From contig NZ_JAXDSS010000069.1 in the NCBI RefSeq assembly GCF_034090345.1, positions 10,565 through 34,564 on the forward strand: a DNA stretch of 24,000 nt, in the 5' to 3' direction. A model generated the notes under the pieces. The model did not search any database, was not told the DNA's origin, and saw only the letters and a program-made list of their open reading frames with translations. The translations under genes were made by a program, and so were the position numbers. This document shows, one piece after another, positions 16,214 to 24,000 of the stretch. Source of the stretch: Peptoniphilus sp. Lineage in GTDB: Bacteria > Bacillota > Clostridia > Tissierellales > Peptoniphilaceae. Position 1 is the stretch's first letter; each line of letters opens with the position of its first letter.

Positions 16214-16751
16214 TACCGAGATTACGATAAAAACGGACAAAATTTACGATGGTAAAATATTAAGTTTAAAGGTTGATACAGTTGAATTACCAAATAAAAA
16301 ATATTCTAAAAGGGAAATTGTTGAACATTCAGCAGCTGTTAGTATAGTTGCGATAACAGAAGAAGATGAAATTTTGATAATTAAACAGTATAGAAAGGCA
16401 ATAGAAAAGGAAATATATGAGGTCCCTGCAGGTCTTATAGAAATAGGAGAATTGCCGAAAGATGCAGCTATGCGTGAACTTACAGAAGAAACTGGATACA
16501 TTGCATCTGATATTCAATATTTAAGTGAATTTTATACAAGTCCAGGATTTTGTACAGAAAAAATACATGTATTTTTAGCTTCAGGTTTAAAGTTAGGTGA
16601 GCAAAACTTAGATTTGGATGAATTTATAGATGTTGAAAAAATAAAATTTGAAGATGTTTTAAAAATGTTAGATAGATGTGAAATAAATGATGCAAAAACA
16701 ATAGCATCTATATTATATTATAAAGAATTTAGGAGAAAAAATAATGAATAA
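16206..16751 (+). CDS. nudF: NUDIX hydrolase, ADP-ribose pyrophosphatase (NudF) type
   Basis: Nudix box GLIEIGELPKDAAMRELTEETGY. Collinear by eye with B. subtilis NudF (..VELPNKKYSKREIVEH.., FYTSPGF..E.IHVFLA). Confidence 0.8.
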   Translation: MDNTEITIKTDKIYDGKILSLKVDTVELPNKKYSKREIVEHSAAVSIVAITEEDEILIIKQYRKAIEKEIYEVPAGLIEIGELPKDAAMRELTEETGYIASDIQYLSEFYTSPGFCTEKIHVFLASGLKLGEQNLDLDEFIDVEKIKFEDVLKMLDRCEINDAKTIASILYYKEFRRKNNE

Positions 16752-17541
16752 ATCAATAGAGTACATTAAGAGTGTAACTAATATTGAACCTGAAATAGGT
16801 GTTATATTAGGTTCAGGACTTGGAGATTTTGCTGAAACAATTGAAGAAAAAGTGGTTATTCCATACAATGATATACCTGACTTTCCTAAGTCAACAGTAG
16901 TAGGTCATGAAGGTAGTTTGATATTTGGGAAAGTAAAGGGAAAAAATGTTGTGGCTATGCAAGGGAGAATCCATTTTTATGAAGGTCAAGGTATGGATAA
17001 AGTTGTATATCCTATAAAGGTTATGAGCGAATTAGGTATAAAATTTTTAATAGTTACAAATGCTTGTGGGGGTATAAATACGAATTTTAAACCTGGGGAT
17101 TTAATGCTTATAAGAGACCACATTAATTTTTCAGGCCAAAATCCACTTATAGGGCCAAATGACGATAAAGGGCCAAGATTTTTAGATATGACCTATACTT
17201 ACTCAAAAAGACTTATGGAATTATCGAAAAAAGTAGCTGGAGGAATAAATATAAAATTACAAGAAGGTGTTTATATGTATTTTACCGGCCCAACGTACGA
17301 GACGCCAGCTGAAATTGTATTTGCTAGAACAATAGGAGCTGATGCTGCTGGAATGAGTACTGTACCTGAAGTTATTGTAGCAAGACATAGAGGTATAGAA
17401 GTTTTGGGTATATCTTGTATTACTAATATGGCTGCTGGAATTTTAGATCAACCATTAGACCATAAGGAAGTTATAGAAGTTTCAAACGCAATTAATGAAG
17501 ATTTTAAAAAACTAGTTCAAGAAATTATAAGGGTGATGTAA
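16744..17541 (+). CDS. punA: Purine nucleoside phosphorylase (PunA/PNP-I, trimeric type)
   Basis: GRIHFYEG, TNACGG and GMSTVPEVIVARH motifs. 265 aa. Confidence 0.85.
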   Translation: MNKSIEYIKSVTNIEPEIGVILGSGLGDFAETIEEKVVIPYNDIPDFPKSTVVGHEGSLIFGKVKGKNVVAMQGRIHFYEGQGMDKVVYPIKVMSELGIKFLIVTNACGGINTNFKPGDLMLIRDHINFSGQNPLIGPNDDKGPRFLDMTYTYSKRLMELSKKVAGGINIKLQEGVYMYFTGPTYETPAEIVFARTIGADAAGMSTVPEVIVARHRGIEVLGISCITNMAAGILDQPLDHKEVIEVSNAINEDFKKLVQEIIRVM

Positions 17542-18845
17542 TGAATACTTATGAAATTATAGAAAATAAGAAAAACGGATTAAAACTTACTCCTGAAGAA
17601 ATTAAATATATTGTAGAAGGATATACTAAAGGTAATATTCCGGATTATCAAGTTTCAGCACTTTTAATGGCAATTTGCTTGAAAGGAATGGATGTTGATG
17701 AAACATTTAATTTGACTAAATCAATGATAGAATCAGGCGATACTATAGATTTGACTGGAATAGAAGGTAAAAAAGTAGATAAACATTCAACAGGAGGTGT
17801 TGGAGATACAACTACTTTAGTATTAGGGCCTTTAGTGGCAAGTTGTGGAATCCCATTCGCAAAGATGAGTGGGAGAGGACTTGGTCACACAGGGGGAACT
17901 TTAGATAAACTAGAGTCTATTCCAGGGTTAAGCATAGATTTGGGGATAGAAGAGTTCATAGATAACACAAATAAAATAAAATTAGCGATATGTGGACAGA
18001 CAACTGATGTAACTCCAGCTGATAAGAAAATTTATGCTCTTAGAGACACTACTGCTACAGTAAATAATGTTAGTCTAATTTCAAGCTCCATAATGAGTAA
18101 AAAAATAGCTGTTGGAGCTGACTGTTTAGTTCTAGATGTAAAAGTTGGGTCAGGAGCTTTTATGAAAACTGTAGAAGATGCAGTGGAATTATCTGAAATG
18201 ATGGTAAGTTTAGGAGAAAAAGCTGGTAAAAATACACAAGCTGTCATTACTAATATGAATCAACCTTTGGGAAGAGCTGTTGGAAACAGCTTGGAAGTAA
18301 TAGAAGCTATAAATACATTAAAAGGACAAGGACCAGAAGATCTTTATGAATTATCTATGGAACTTGCAGAAAAACTTTTATTGGTTTCAGGGCATTCACA
18401 GACTGAAGAAGAGGCAAGGGAAGCTTTAGAAGAAAAAATAGCATCAGGAAAAGCCTATGAAAAATTTAAAGAATTTGTAGAACTTCAAGGCGGAGATGTC
18501 AGTTATGTCGAAGATGTAAATAAATTTGAACTATCTCCAATGTTTGAATTATTCTCTGAAGTAGATGGCTATGTTCAAGGTATAGATGCTCTTGGAATAG
18601 GAGAAGCTTCTAAAAATTTAGGAGCTGGAAGAGAGACAAAAGAAAGTGAATTAGACTTAGGAGCTGGAATCGTACTAAATAAAAAAATAGGAGATAGAGT
18701 TTCTAAAGGAGAATTAATAGCTACGTTATACACTAAAAAAGATAATGTTGAAGAAATTAAAGAACAAATTTTAAAAGCATTCAAATTTAGTGATAGTAAA
18801 GTTGAAAAAGACCAACTAATTTTGAAAGTGATAAAACATGAATAA
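17541..18845 (+). CDS. pdp: Pyrimidine-nucleoside (thymidine) phosphorylase
   Basis: DKHSTGGVGD and SGRGLGHTGGTLDKLE motifs. 434 aa. TAATG overlap with punA. Confidence 0.9.
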   Translation: MNTYEIIENKKNGLKLTPEEIKYIVEGYTKGNIPDYQVSALLMAICLKGMDVDETFNLTKSMIESGDTIDLTGIEGKKVDKHSTGGVGDTTTLVLGPLVASCGIPFAKMSGRGLGHTGGTLDKLESIPGLSIDLGIEEFIDNTNKIKLAICGQTTDVTPADKKIYALRDTTATVNNVSLISSSIMSKKIAVGADCLVLDVKVGSGAFMKTVEDAVELSEMMVSLGEKAGKNTQAVITNMNQPLGRAVGNSLEVIEAINTLKGQGPEDLYELSMELAEKLLLVSGHSQTEEEAREALEEKIASGKAYEKFKEFVELQGGDVSYVEDVNKFELSPMFELFSEVDGYVQGIDALGIGEASKNLGAGRETKESELDLGAGIVLNKKIGDRVSKGELIATLYTKKDNVEEIKEQILKAFKFSDSKVEKDQLILKVIKHE

Positions 18846-19449
18846 TAATATTGTATTTGTGTATTTAGTAAGAATTGTTGCATTACTTGTAGCGATAATT
18901 CCACATGAATTTGCACATGGTCTTGCTGCCCTTGCTTTTGGCGACGATACAGCTAAAAGAAATGGAAGACTATCTTTTAATCCCATAAATCACATAGATC
19001 CTATGGGATTATTATTTATGGTATTGTTTAGAGTCGGTTGGGCTAAGGCAGTACCAATAAATGTAAGAGAATTTAGAAACAGAAGATTGGGGTTATTTGT
19101 TGTTTCAATAGCTGGAGTTGTAACGAACTTTATAATAGGTTTAATTGCAGCTGTTGTATTCGTTAAATTTGCATATACAAATGAAACTGTGGCGATATTT
19201 TTCAGAGAGATAATGTGGTATAACGTAATGCTGGGAGTGTTTAATTTAGTTCCATTGCCACCTCTTGATGGCTCAAAAATAATTATGTCATTTTTCTCTG
19301 ATGATGTTCAAGATTTTATATTAGCTAATGAACGATATATTTATATTTTATTAGTTATAGGAATTTTCTCGGGATTTATAAATTCAATTATATTTCCTGT
19401 TATACAGTTGATAATAGATAAATTTATTACTTTTGGGTTGATGATATGA
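18838..19449 (+). CDS. Site-2 protease (peptidase M50) family membrane protein
   Basis: HEFAHGLAA (HExxH) in the first TM region and NLVPLPPLDGSKI (the second zinc-ligand motif of M50). Polytopic, 203 aa. Confidence 0.75.
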   Translation: MNNNIVFVYLVRIVALLVAIIPHEFAHGLAALAFGDDTAKRNGRLSFNPINHIDPMGLLFMVLFRVGWAKAVPINVREFRNRRLGLFVVSIAGVVTNFIIGLIAAVVFVKFAYTNETVAIFFREIMWYNVMLGVFNLVPLPPLDGSKIIMSFFSDDVQDFILANERYIYILLVIGIFSGFINSIIFPVIQLIIDKFITFGLMI

Positions 19450-20186
19450 ACTATAACATAGAGCTTGAAGTATATAATGGACCGTATGATTTAATTTTAG
19501 ATTTGGTAAAAAAGAATGAATTAGATATATATGATATAGAAATAAATCTTATTACGTCTCAATTTTTAGAGTATATAAAAGCTGTTGAAGAATTGAACTT
19601 AGAATTGACTAGTGATTTCATTGTGATGGCAAGTACTTTATTGGAAATAAAATCAAAAATGCTTCTTCCTAAACAAACACAAAAAGAGGATGAAGAAAAT
19701 GAAGAAGATCCAAGAGATGAATTGGTTCAAAAACTTTTAGAATATGAGCGCTTCAAAAAAGCTACTGAGATATTAAGAGAGCAAGAAAAATATGAAATGA
19801 AATCTTTTTTTAAACTTAAAGAGGATTTTTCATATTTAGATGACCTAAGCTTTTTAAAAGAAGTTGATGTAGATAAGTTGGCAATAACATTTAATAATAT
19901 ATTAAAAAGATGTGGTAAAGATGAGGATATCCATATAATACCTATGGAAAGATTTTCTGTAAAAAAATGTATGGATTTTATAAATAAAAAATTAAAGTTA
20001 AATTCGGAATTTTATTTTTCTGAATTGCTGACTGAATTTGCAATGAGAGAAGAGATAGTTTCATATTTTTTAGCTCTGCTTGAAATGTGTAAGTTACAAG
20101 TTTTAACGTTGAGTCAAAATGAAGATTTAACAGATATAAAAATAGTATCTAAATCTGAAGAAAGTGAATTGAATTATGGAAATTGA
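19446..20186 (+). CDS. scpA: Segregation and condensation protein A (kleisin)
   Basis: GPYDLILDLVKKNELDIYDIEINLITSQFLEYI and LLEIKSKMLLP. C-terminal winged-helix LALLEMCKL. Confidence 0.85.
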   Translation: MNYNIELEVYNGPYDLILDLVKKNELDIYDIEINLITSQFLEYIKAVEELNLELTSDFIVMASTLLEIKSKMLLPKQTQKEDEENEEDPRDELVQKLLEYERFKKATEILREQEKYEMKSFFKLKEDFSYLDDLSFLKEVDVDKLAITFNNILKRCGKDEDIHIIPMERFSVKKCMDFINKKLKLNSEFYFSELLTEFAMREEIVSYFLALLEMCKLQVLTLSQNEDLTDIKIVSKSEESELNYGN

Positions 20187-20721
20187 AACTTTAAGTGGAA
20201 TTATAGAAAGCATTTTATTTGCTTGGGCAGAGCCGGTTACTATTAAAGAGCTAGCTCAAGCTGTTAAGGCATCAGACATTAATATATTAACTGCAATAAA
20301 TTTTTTAAAAGATAAGTATGTAGATAAGAATAGCGGTTTGAGATTAACAGACATCAATGGGGCATATACATTGTCTACAAAACCTGAAAACTATGATTAC
20401 GTCAATGAATTTGTAACAAAAAAGAACATAAAGAGTTTGTCGGGAGCTTCCTTAGAGGTGCTTTCAATAGTTGCATACAAACAGCCTATTACAAAGATTG
20501 AGATAGAGGAAATTCGTGGGGTAAAATGCGATACAAGTTTAAAAAATTTAGTGGATTTGAATTTGATTGCAATAACTGGTCAACTTCAAAAAATAGGCAA
20601 ACCTAATATATATGAAACAACAGATGATTTTTTATTGAAATTTGGATTAAAAAATTTGGAAGATTTGCCAATTATTGATGATGAATCATATGAGACTAAT
20701 TTTTTGGAGGAACGAGATTGA
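20176..20721 (+). CDS. scpB: Segregation and condensation protein B
   Basis: IESILFAWAEPVTIKELA and LEVLSIVAYKQPITKIEIEEIRGV. Follows scpA with an 11-nt overlap. Confidence 0.85.
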   Translation: MEIETLSGIIESILFAWAEPVTIKELAQAVKASDINILTAINFLKDKYVDKNSGLRLTDINGAYTLSTKPENYDYVNEFVTKKNIKSLSGASLEVLSIVAYKQPITKIEIEEIRGVKCDTSLKNLVDLNLIAITGQLQKIGKPNIYETTDDFLLKFGLKNLEDLPIIDDESYETNFLEERD

Positions 20722-21428
20722 GATTACAAAAATTTATGGCACATAGTGGTGTAGCATCAAGAAGAAAGTGCGAAGAATTAATTGCTCAAGGAAGAGTAAA
20801 AGTGAATGATGAAATAGTAACTGAAATGGGCAAAACAGTAACTGCTAAAGATAGAGTATATCTTGATTTTAAAAGACTAAAAATTATAAAAGATCATTCT
20901 TATTATATTTTAAATAAACCTATGGGCGTTGTTTCAACCGTTTCAGATGAAAAAAAACGTACTACAGTTATAGACTTAATTGAATCTAATGAGAGATTAT
21001 ATCCAGTGGGTAGGCTTGATATTGATACAACTGGATTACTTATATTGACTGATGATGGAGAATTGACCAATAAACTAATGCATCCATCAAATGTAGTCGA
21101 AAAAACATATATTGCTACTGTAGAAGGAACTCCTAACAAAACTGAATTAGATATGTTAAGAGTTGGAATAAAAGTTGGAAAAGAAAAGTTTTCTCCAGCG
21201 AAAGTAAAAGTTTTAAAACGATTTGAAAGTGATAGCATATTAGAAATTAAAATACATGAAGGCAAAAATCACGAAGTAAAAATAATGTGTGAAAAAATAG
21301 GACACCCAGTTAAAAAGTTAAAGAGAATAAAAATAGGCAATTTGGAATTGGGAGATTTGAGAATAGGAAACTACAGAAGATTAGAAGAAGATGAAGTTAA
21401 GTATTTAAAAGAGTTGACGAAATGCTAG
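20718..21428 (+). CDS. rluB: 23S rRNA pseudouridine synthase, RluB/RsuA family
   Basis: TTG start overlapping the scpB TGA. S4 domain RLQKFMAHSGVASRRKCEELI and catalytic block GRLDIDTTGLLILTDDGEL. Confidence 0.85.
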   Translation: MRLQKFMAHSGVASRRKCEELIAQGRVKVNDEIVTEMGKTVTAKDRVYLDFKRLKIIKDHSYYILNKPMGVVSTVSDEKKRTTVIDLIESNERLYPVGRLDIDTTGLLILTDDGELTNKLMHPSNVVEKTYIATVEGTPNKTELDMLRVGIKVGKEKFSPAKVKVLKRFESDSILEIKIHEGKNHEVKIMCEKIGHPVKKLKRIKIGNLELGDLRIGNYRRLEEDEVKYLKELTKC

Positions 21429-21982
21429 TAAATTCAAAATTTTCGGACGTAATTGATGACATCTTAAAAGAAATAGATTTAGATGGGAAATTTGCACTTG
21501 ATGCTACTTGTGGAAGAGGAAATGACTCATTAAAATTAATTCAGAAATTAGGTGGTAATGGATTTCTCTATGCTTGTGATATTCAAGAAGAGGCTATAAA
21601 TTCAACGAAAAATGTATTGAATTCAACAGGATACAAAAACTATAGATTATATAAAATTTCCCATGAATATATTTTTGATAGAATAGAAGAAAAGTTGGAT
21701 TTTATAATATATAATTTGGGATATTTGCCTAAATCAGATAAGTTAATAGTCACAAAAGCTGATAGTACAATTATTTCTTTGAAAGAAGCAATTAATAAGA
21801 TTTCTAAAATGGGAATTATTGTTGTAGTTTCATATCTAGGGCATCAAGGATCATTTGAAGAAAGAGAAAAGTTAAACGATTTTTTAAAAAATCTAGATCA
21901 AAAAAATTATAAAGTGGAAAAAATAGAATTCTTTAATCAAATAAATAATCCACCTATAGTTTATAAAATAGGAGTTGTTTAA
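21422..21982 (+). CDS. mnmM: Class I SAM-dependent methyltransferase, YtqB/MnmM-like (tRNA mnm5s2U methyltransferase family)
   Basis: DATCGRGNDS (SAM motif I), YACDIQEEAI, YNLGYLP, VVSYLGHQGSFEE and NPPIVYKI. These are collinear with my recollection of B. subtilis YtqB. Confidence 0.6.
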   Translation: MLVNSKFSDVIDDILKEIDLDGKFALDATCGRGNDSLKLIQKLGGNGFLYACDIQEEAINSTKNVLNSTGYKNYRLYKISHEYIFDRIEEKLDFIIYNLGYLPKSDKLIVTKADSTIISLKEAINKISKMGIIVVVSYLGHQGSFEEREKLNDFLKNLDQKNYKVEKIEFFNQINNPPIVYKIGVV

Positions 21983-23175
21983 TGAGAGTTGCAGTGATAG
22001 GAGCTGGAGCTGCGGGCATGATGGCAGCTTCTGTTTGTGAATGTGAAGTTGTTTTGTTTGAAAAAAATGAAAAAGTTGGTAAAAAATTATTTATAACCGG
22101 AAAGGGAAGATGTAATTTAACAAATTCAAAAGATATCTCTGAATTTTTTGATAGTATAAATAGAAATTCTAAATTTCTATATTCTGCTCTTTATACTTTT
22201 AGTAATGATAGTGTAATTAAAAAATTTGAATCATACGGACTTAAACTCAAGGTTGAAAGAGGAGATAGAGTTTTTCCGGAATCAGATAAATCTTCTGATG
22301 TTATTAAAACATATGAAAAGATGTTAAAAGATAATAATGTGGAAATACGGCTTAATACAGATGTGCATAAGATAAATAAAGTAGATGAGAAATTTGAAGT
22401 TGATGGCGAAATATTTGACAAGGTTATAGTAGCTTGTGGGGGAGTTTCATATAGGTCAACTGGTTCGACTGGAGATGGATATAAATTTGCTAAAAGTTTT
22501 GGACATAAAATAGTGGACTTGAAACCAGCTCTAGCTCCTATATTATTAAATATAGATTGTACTGATTTATCTGGGCTAAGTTTAAAAAATGTAGAGTTAA
22601 ATGCTTTCTCAGGTAATAAAAAATTAAGTTATGAATTTGGAGAAATGTTGTTTACACACAACGGAATTTCAGGTCCTATTGTACTTAGAACATCAAGTTT
22701 AATAAATCGAAAAGATAATATTAAATTATTTTTAGATTTAAAACCTGCACTAGACATACAAACTTTAGATAAAAGAATTTTAAGAGATTTTGAGGAATTT
22801 AAAAATAAAGACATTGCCAATGCTTTAAAAAATTTATTGCCTAAAAAGCTAATAGACTTGGTTTTAAAATCTGCAAACATACCATATTATAAAAAAGTGA
22901 ATGAAGTATCAAAACAGGATAGAAATAATCTTGTCAATACAATTAAAAATCTAAATTTAGAATATAAATCAATTATGGATATAAATACTTCTATAGTAAC
23001 AAGCGGTGGAGTGGATACTAAAGAAATTGATTCATCCACAATGGAGTCAAAGTTAGTAAAAGGTTTATATTTTGCAGGAGAAACTATAGATATAGATGCT
23101 ATGACTGGAGGATATAATTTGCAACTTGCAAATTCAACAGGTTACCTTGCGGGAATTAATGCTTCTAAAATATAG
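21982..23175 (+). CDS. NAD(P)/FAD-dependent oxidoreductase, HI0933/YhiN (BaiN-like) family
   Basis: Rossmann VAVIGAGAAGMMAA, the family motif ITGKGRCNLTN, and C-terminal YFAGETIDIDAMTGGYNLQ. Confidence 0.8.
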   Translation: MRVAVIGAGAAGMMAASVCECEVVLFEKNEKVGKKLFITGKGRCNLTNSKDISEFFDSINRNSKFLYSALYTFSNDSVIKKFESYGLKLKVERGDRVFPESDKSSDVIKTYEKMLKDNNVEIRLNTDVHKINKVDEKFEVDGEIFDKVIVACGGVSYRSTGSTGDGYKFAKSFGHKIVDLKPALAPILLNIDCTDLSGLSLKNVELNAFSGNKKLSYEFGEMLFTHNGISGPIVLRTSSLINRKDNIKLFLDLKPALDIQTLDKRILRDFEEFKNKDIANALKNLLPKKLIDLVLKSANIPYYKKVNEVSKQDRNNLVNTIKNLNLEYKSIMDINTSIVTSGGVDTKEIDSSTMESKLVKGLYFAGETIDIDAMTGGYNLQLANSTGYLAGINASKI

Positions 23176-23441
23176 ACAACTCATGATAAAATAAATTAAT
23201 TCAACCCGCTAGAATAATTGAAACAATAAGAATATAGAATACTATAAAATAAGAATTGTCAGAGTATAATACATTGAAGATACCGAGTTGAGGGACTTAG
23301 AAAAATTAGTAATGGTAATCGAAATATTGTGGGGGCTCATTAATACGAGTCTCTCTTATTATTTAAAAATCAACACATAGCAGCTAAAATAAATCCTAAA
23401 CCAAAATAAACCAAAAACCACTAAAAATAAGCATAGCAAAC

Positions 23442-23459
23442 AAAACTCCCAGGAGTTTT
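23442..23459 (-). terminator. Possible terminator hairpin downstream of the transposase remnant
   Basis: Palindrome AAAACTC-CCAG-GAGTTTT. On the - strand it is followed by GTTTG, a weak T tract. Lies about 25 nt past the remnant stop codon. Confidence 0.3.
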
Positions 23460-23485
23460 CAAAAAATTTCGTATTTTTATACCAA

Positions 23486-23779
23486 CTATTTACAAGAAAG
23501 CATAATTCGCTTTCTAAACAAATTAAAATTTTTCATACTAAAACAATTTCTCTTTAAAGTCTTTATCTTTGTATATATGCCTTCAAAATGAATCAAAGAC
23601 TTCTTACCGCAAATATGAATATCCCTAATCTTTTGAACTCTATGATCGTGAATCCAAATCCTTTTAGAACCACAATGAGGGCAGATAGACATCTTAGAAA
23701 CAAAAAGATGAACATGGACAAGTTCATTATCCTCATTAAAACTATCAAAAACTACATCTTTAAAACCAAACAAATTCAT
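23486..23779 (-). mobile_element. ISL3-family transposase N-terminal remnant (zf-ISL3 region only), presumably inactive
   Basis: MNLFGFKDVVF...CPHCGSKRIWIHDHRVQKIRDIHICGKKSLIHF fits the ISL3 N-terminal zinc-finger pattern (CPxCG..HD...I.D....G). The ORF stops after about 100 aa with no DDE domain. ATG 23779 is preferred over GTG 23797. The IS ends are not identifiable. Confidence 0.5.
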
Positions 23780-23790
23780 GATATTATTAT

Positions 23791-23864
23791 TTTGCACTTA
23801 TATGCACATCCTAAATTTGGTTTTACTTATTTTAAGTTTAGGACTAAATGCGTATAAGTGCAAA
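23791..23864. repeat. 15-bp inverted repeat (14/15 match) flanking a 44-nt spacer, just upstream of the transposase remnant
   Basis: TTTGCACTTATATGC (23791-23805) versus GCGTATAAGTGCAAA (23850-23864). The reverse complement of the first arm differs at one position. Confidence 0.6.
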
Positions 23865-23877
23865 TTTTTTATACAAA

Positions 23878-23912
23878 AATATCTGTTAGAGATTTACTCC
23901 CCAACAGATATT
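23878..23912 (-). terminator. Perfect 10-bp inverted repeat; possible terminator for a - strand gene beyond the right edge
   Basis: AATATCTGTT-(15 nt)-AACAGATATT. Read on the - strand, the stem is followed by TTTGTATAAAAAATTT. The stem is AT-rich, so stability is modest. Confidence 0.3.
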
Positions 23913-24000
23913 ATAGAGAATTTTTTGTCAAATATGTATTATTAACTAATACTGAGAAATAATTACCCTATTTAAATTTATTTTATTCTTAAATTAATAT

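Noticed and set aside
2391-22880. About 25 antisense ORFs of 61-121 aa from the six-frame track (for example 2686-2991, 6070-6381, 6457-6783, 15673-16038, 18575-18916, 20903-21265)
   Set aside because: Each is fully embedded opposite a + strand gene with strong motif support. Their translations are low-complexity (S/L/F/I-rich), as expected from reading K/E/N-rich genes backwards. None has a convincing RBS.
23265-23365. Candidate small RNA: a TATAAT box at 23265-23270, then a GGGGCTC-attaatac-GAGTCTC hairpin followed by a TTATTATTT tract
   Set aside because: There is no acceptable -35 or TG extension. The stem needs two G-U pairs, and TATAAT-like hexamers are frequent by chance in DNA this AT-rich. 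It would need RNA-seq evidence before being called.
23385-23440. A/C-rich patch with recurring AAACC/AAAACC units, considered as a possible short repeat array
   Set aside because: The units are irregular in length and spacing, and the patch is too short for a CRISPR array or a structured tandem repeat. It is best described as low-complexity sequence.
23588-23857. 89-aa + strand ORF
   Set aside because: It is antisense to the ISL3 transposase remnant, whose zinc-finger motif explains the region. It has no RBS and no recognisable domain.
1-24000. Search for CRISPR arrays, tRNA/rRNA genes, riboswitch or T-box leaders, toxin-antitoxin pairs, restriction-modification or other defence modules, and prophage genes
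   Set aside because: None was seen. There are only seven intergenic gaps longer than 50 nt, and promoters, terminators or the IS scar account for all of them. No spaced direct repeats, cloverleaf-capable segments or defence-type domains were recognised by eye. A covariance-model scan (Infernal/Rfam, tRNAscan-SE) would be the decisive check.

Overview
This is an AT-rich (roughly 30% G+C by eye) core-chromosome segment of a low-GC Firmicute. Its gene order matches class Clostridia. All supported genes but one lie on the + strand, and most are chained by overlapping stop and start codons. The order is as follows. (1) rnfA (5'-truncated by the window edge) and rnfB, with a terminator. (2) A heavily decayed LigB/YgiD-type extradiol dioxygenase pseudogene. 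(3) A tightly coupled string: NusG_II-domain protein, Gx transporter, maf, radC, a short RNase E/G-like protein, an SGNH hydrolase, a PilO-like membrane protein and four prepilin-type minor pilins. (4) efp plus a hyper-acidic small protein, with a terminator. (5) asp23-family gene and nusB, with a terminator. (6) A 12 kb uninterrupted run: xseA, xseB, ispA, tlyA, recN, nudF, punA, pdp, M50 protease, scpA, scpB, rluB, a YtqB/MnmM-like methyltransferase and an HI0933/YhiN-type flavoprotein. (7) About 0.8 kb of non-coding, IS-scarred DNA holding an ISL3-type transposase N-terminal remnant on the - strand. I recognised no rRNA, tRNA, CRISPR array, prophage or defence island. Most of the window is ordinary housekeeping synteny. 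The least ordinary part is 4.5-9.2 kb. There, the back half of a type IV/Com-like pilus operon has no major pilin, ATPase, platform protein or peptidase in view. It is translationally chained to maf, radC, a Zn-link-less RNase E/G homologue and an SGNH hydrolase. The absence of mreBCD/min and of sporulation genes at their usual syntenic positions suggests a non-sporulating, probably coccoid anaerobe. All functional calls rest on motif recognition by eye; no database search was run.
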